A DNA stretch of 64,000 bases from Cetorhinus maximus (Eukaryota), in assembly GCF_964194155.1 (NCBI RefSeq), contig NC_135887.1, forward strand, positions 16,182,001 to 16,246,000. Direction: 5' to 3'. The position numbers were made by a program, and so were the translations under genes. Of this stretch, positions 62,907-64,000 are shown piece after piece; the first letter of the stretch is position 1, and each line of letters begins with the position of its first letter. The notes under the pieces were generated by a model. The model saw only the letters and a list, made by a program, of their open reading frames with translations, searched no databases and had not been told where the DNA came from.

Positions 62907-64000
62907 TAATAAAAGCAAAATACTGCGGAGGCTGGAAATCTGAAACAAAAACAGAAAATGCTGGAAAAACACAGCAGGCCTAACCGCATCTGTGGAGAAA
63001 AAAAACAGTTAACGTTTCGAGCCCTTATGACTCTTCAGAGTTAAAGAGAAGTAAGATGTAATGATATTTATACTGTTTAAGGGGTGTGGAGCAGGTGAAG
63101 CTGGGTAGAAGGCCAGTGACAGGTGGAGGCAAAGGAGAGATTGCCAGAGATGTCGTGGACAAAAGGACAAAGGGGTGTTAATGATAGTGAAACTGGCTAA
63201 AGGAGGTGCTAGTGGTGGCATTAGGGTCGGAGAGCAGAATGTGATAATGGCAGGACAAGGGTAAGCACTCTGGAAAGAACAACATGAACAAGTGACAGAT
63301 GGTCCTACTGGGGGTGGGGTGGAGGGGAGGAGACGGTGGAAAAAAAATTTAAATGAGAAAATGAAAAAATAAAAACTAAGAAATGAGAATGAGTAATGAA
63401 AAAAGAGGATATAAAGGGGGTGAGGATGGAGGTGAGAGTTCATGGTCTGAAGTTGTTGAACTCAATGTTAAGTCCGGAAGGCTGTAAAGTGCCTAATCGG
63501 AAGATGAGGTGCTGTTCCTCCAGTTTGCGTTGGGCTTCACTGGAACATTGAAGCAGGCCAAGGACGGACATGTGGGCATGAGAGCAGGATGGTGTGTTGA
63601 AATGGCAAGCGACAGGAAGGTCTGGGTCATGCTTGCGGACAGACCGAAGATGTTCTGCAAAGCAGTCACCCAGTCTGCGTTTGGTCTCTCCATGCGGTCT
63701 CCTCTACATTGGAGAGACCAAATGCAGACTGGGTGACCACTTTGCAGAACACCTTTGGTCTGTCGGCAAGCATGACCTAGACCTTCCTGTCGCTTGCCAT
63801 TTCAACATCCCATCCCGCTCTCATGCCCACATGTCTGTCCTTGGCCTGCTGCAACGTTTCAGTGAAGCCCAACGCAAATTGGAGGATCGGCACCTCATCT
63901 TCCGATTAGGCACTTTACAGCCTTCCGGACTTAACATTAAGTTCAACAACTTCAGACCATGAACTCTCCCCTCCATCCTCACCCCCTTTATATCCCCTTT
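62907..64000. mobile_element. Penelope-like retroelement remnant: inverted pair of GIY-YIG C-terminus/pLTR segments, running off the window
   Basis: LLYIGETKCRLGDHFAEHL..PVACHFN..RKLED.HLIFRLGTLQPSGLN is a typical Penelope GIY-YIG end. 63402-63692 is the reverse complement of 63710-64000. Confidence 0.88.

Overview
This is vertebrate genomic DNA, and its repeat content points to a shark or other elasmobranch. The window covers part of the neurofibromin gene NF1 on the + strand: legacy exon 27b (177-287), the whole ~59.5-kb intron 27b, exon 28 (59833-60265) and the start of the next intron. The large intron holds three antisense genes, each with a single coding exon, in the order known from mammals: OMG (11860-13377), EVI2B (32234-33307) and EVI2A (50105-51346). 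The EVI2A-like ectodomain consists largely of ~17 near-identical 45-bp repeats encoding EEEYVTEGPDPVLTT, which resemble repeated tyrosine-sulfation plus O-glycosylation sites. The rest is decayed mobile DNA: CR1 and L2 LINE fragments, a LINE family with a tRNA-like Pol III head plus its internally deleted SINE form, Deu-domain SINEs, six solo LTRs (one nested, five with 4-bp TSDs, three of them imperfect), Penelope-like fragments with hammerhead-like motifs and palindromes, and Harbinger-type remnants. There are no CRISPR arrays or prokaryotic features. Repeat family names come from motif recognition, not database searches, and repeat boundaries are approximate unless a TSD is given.
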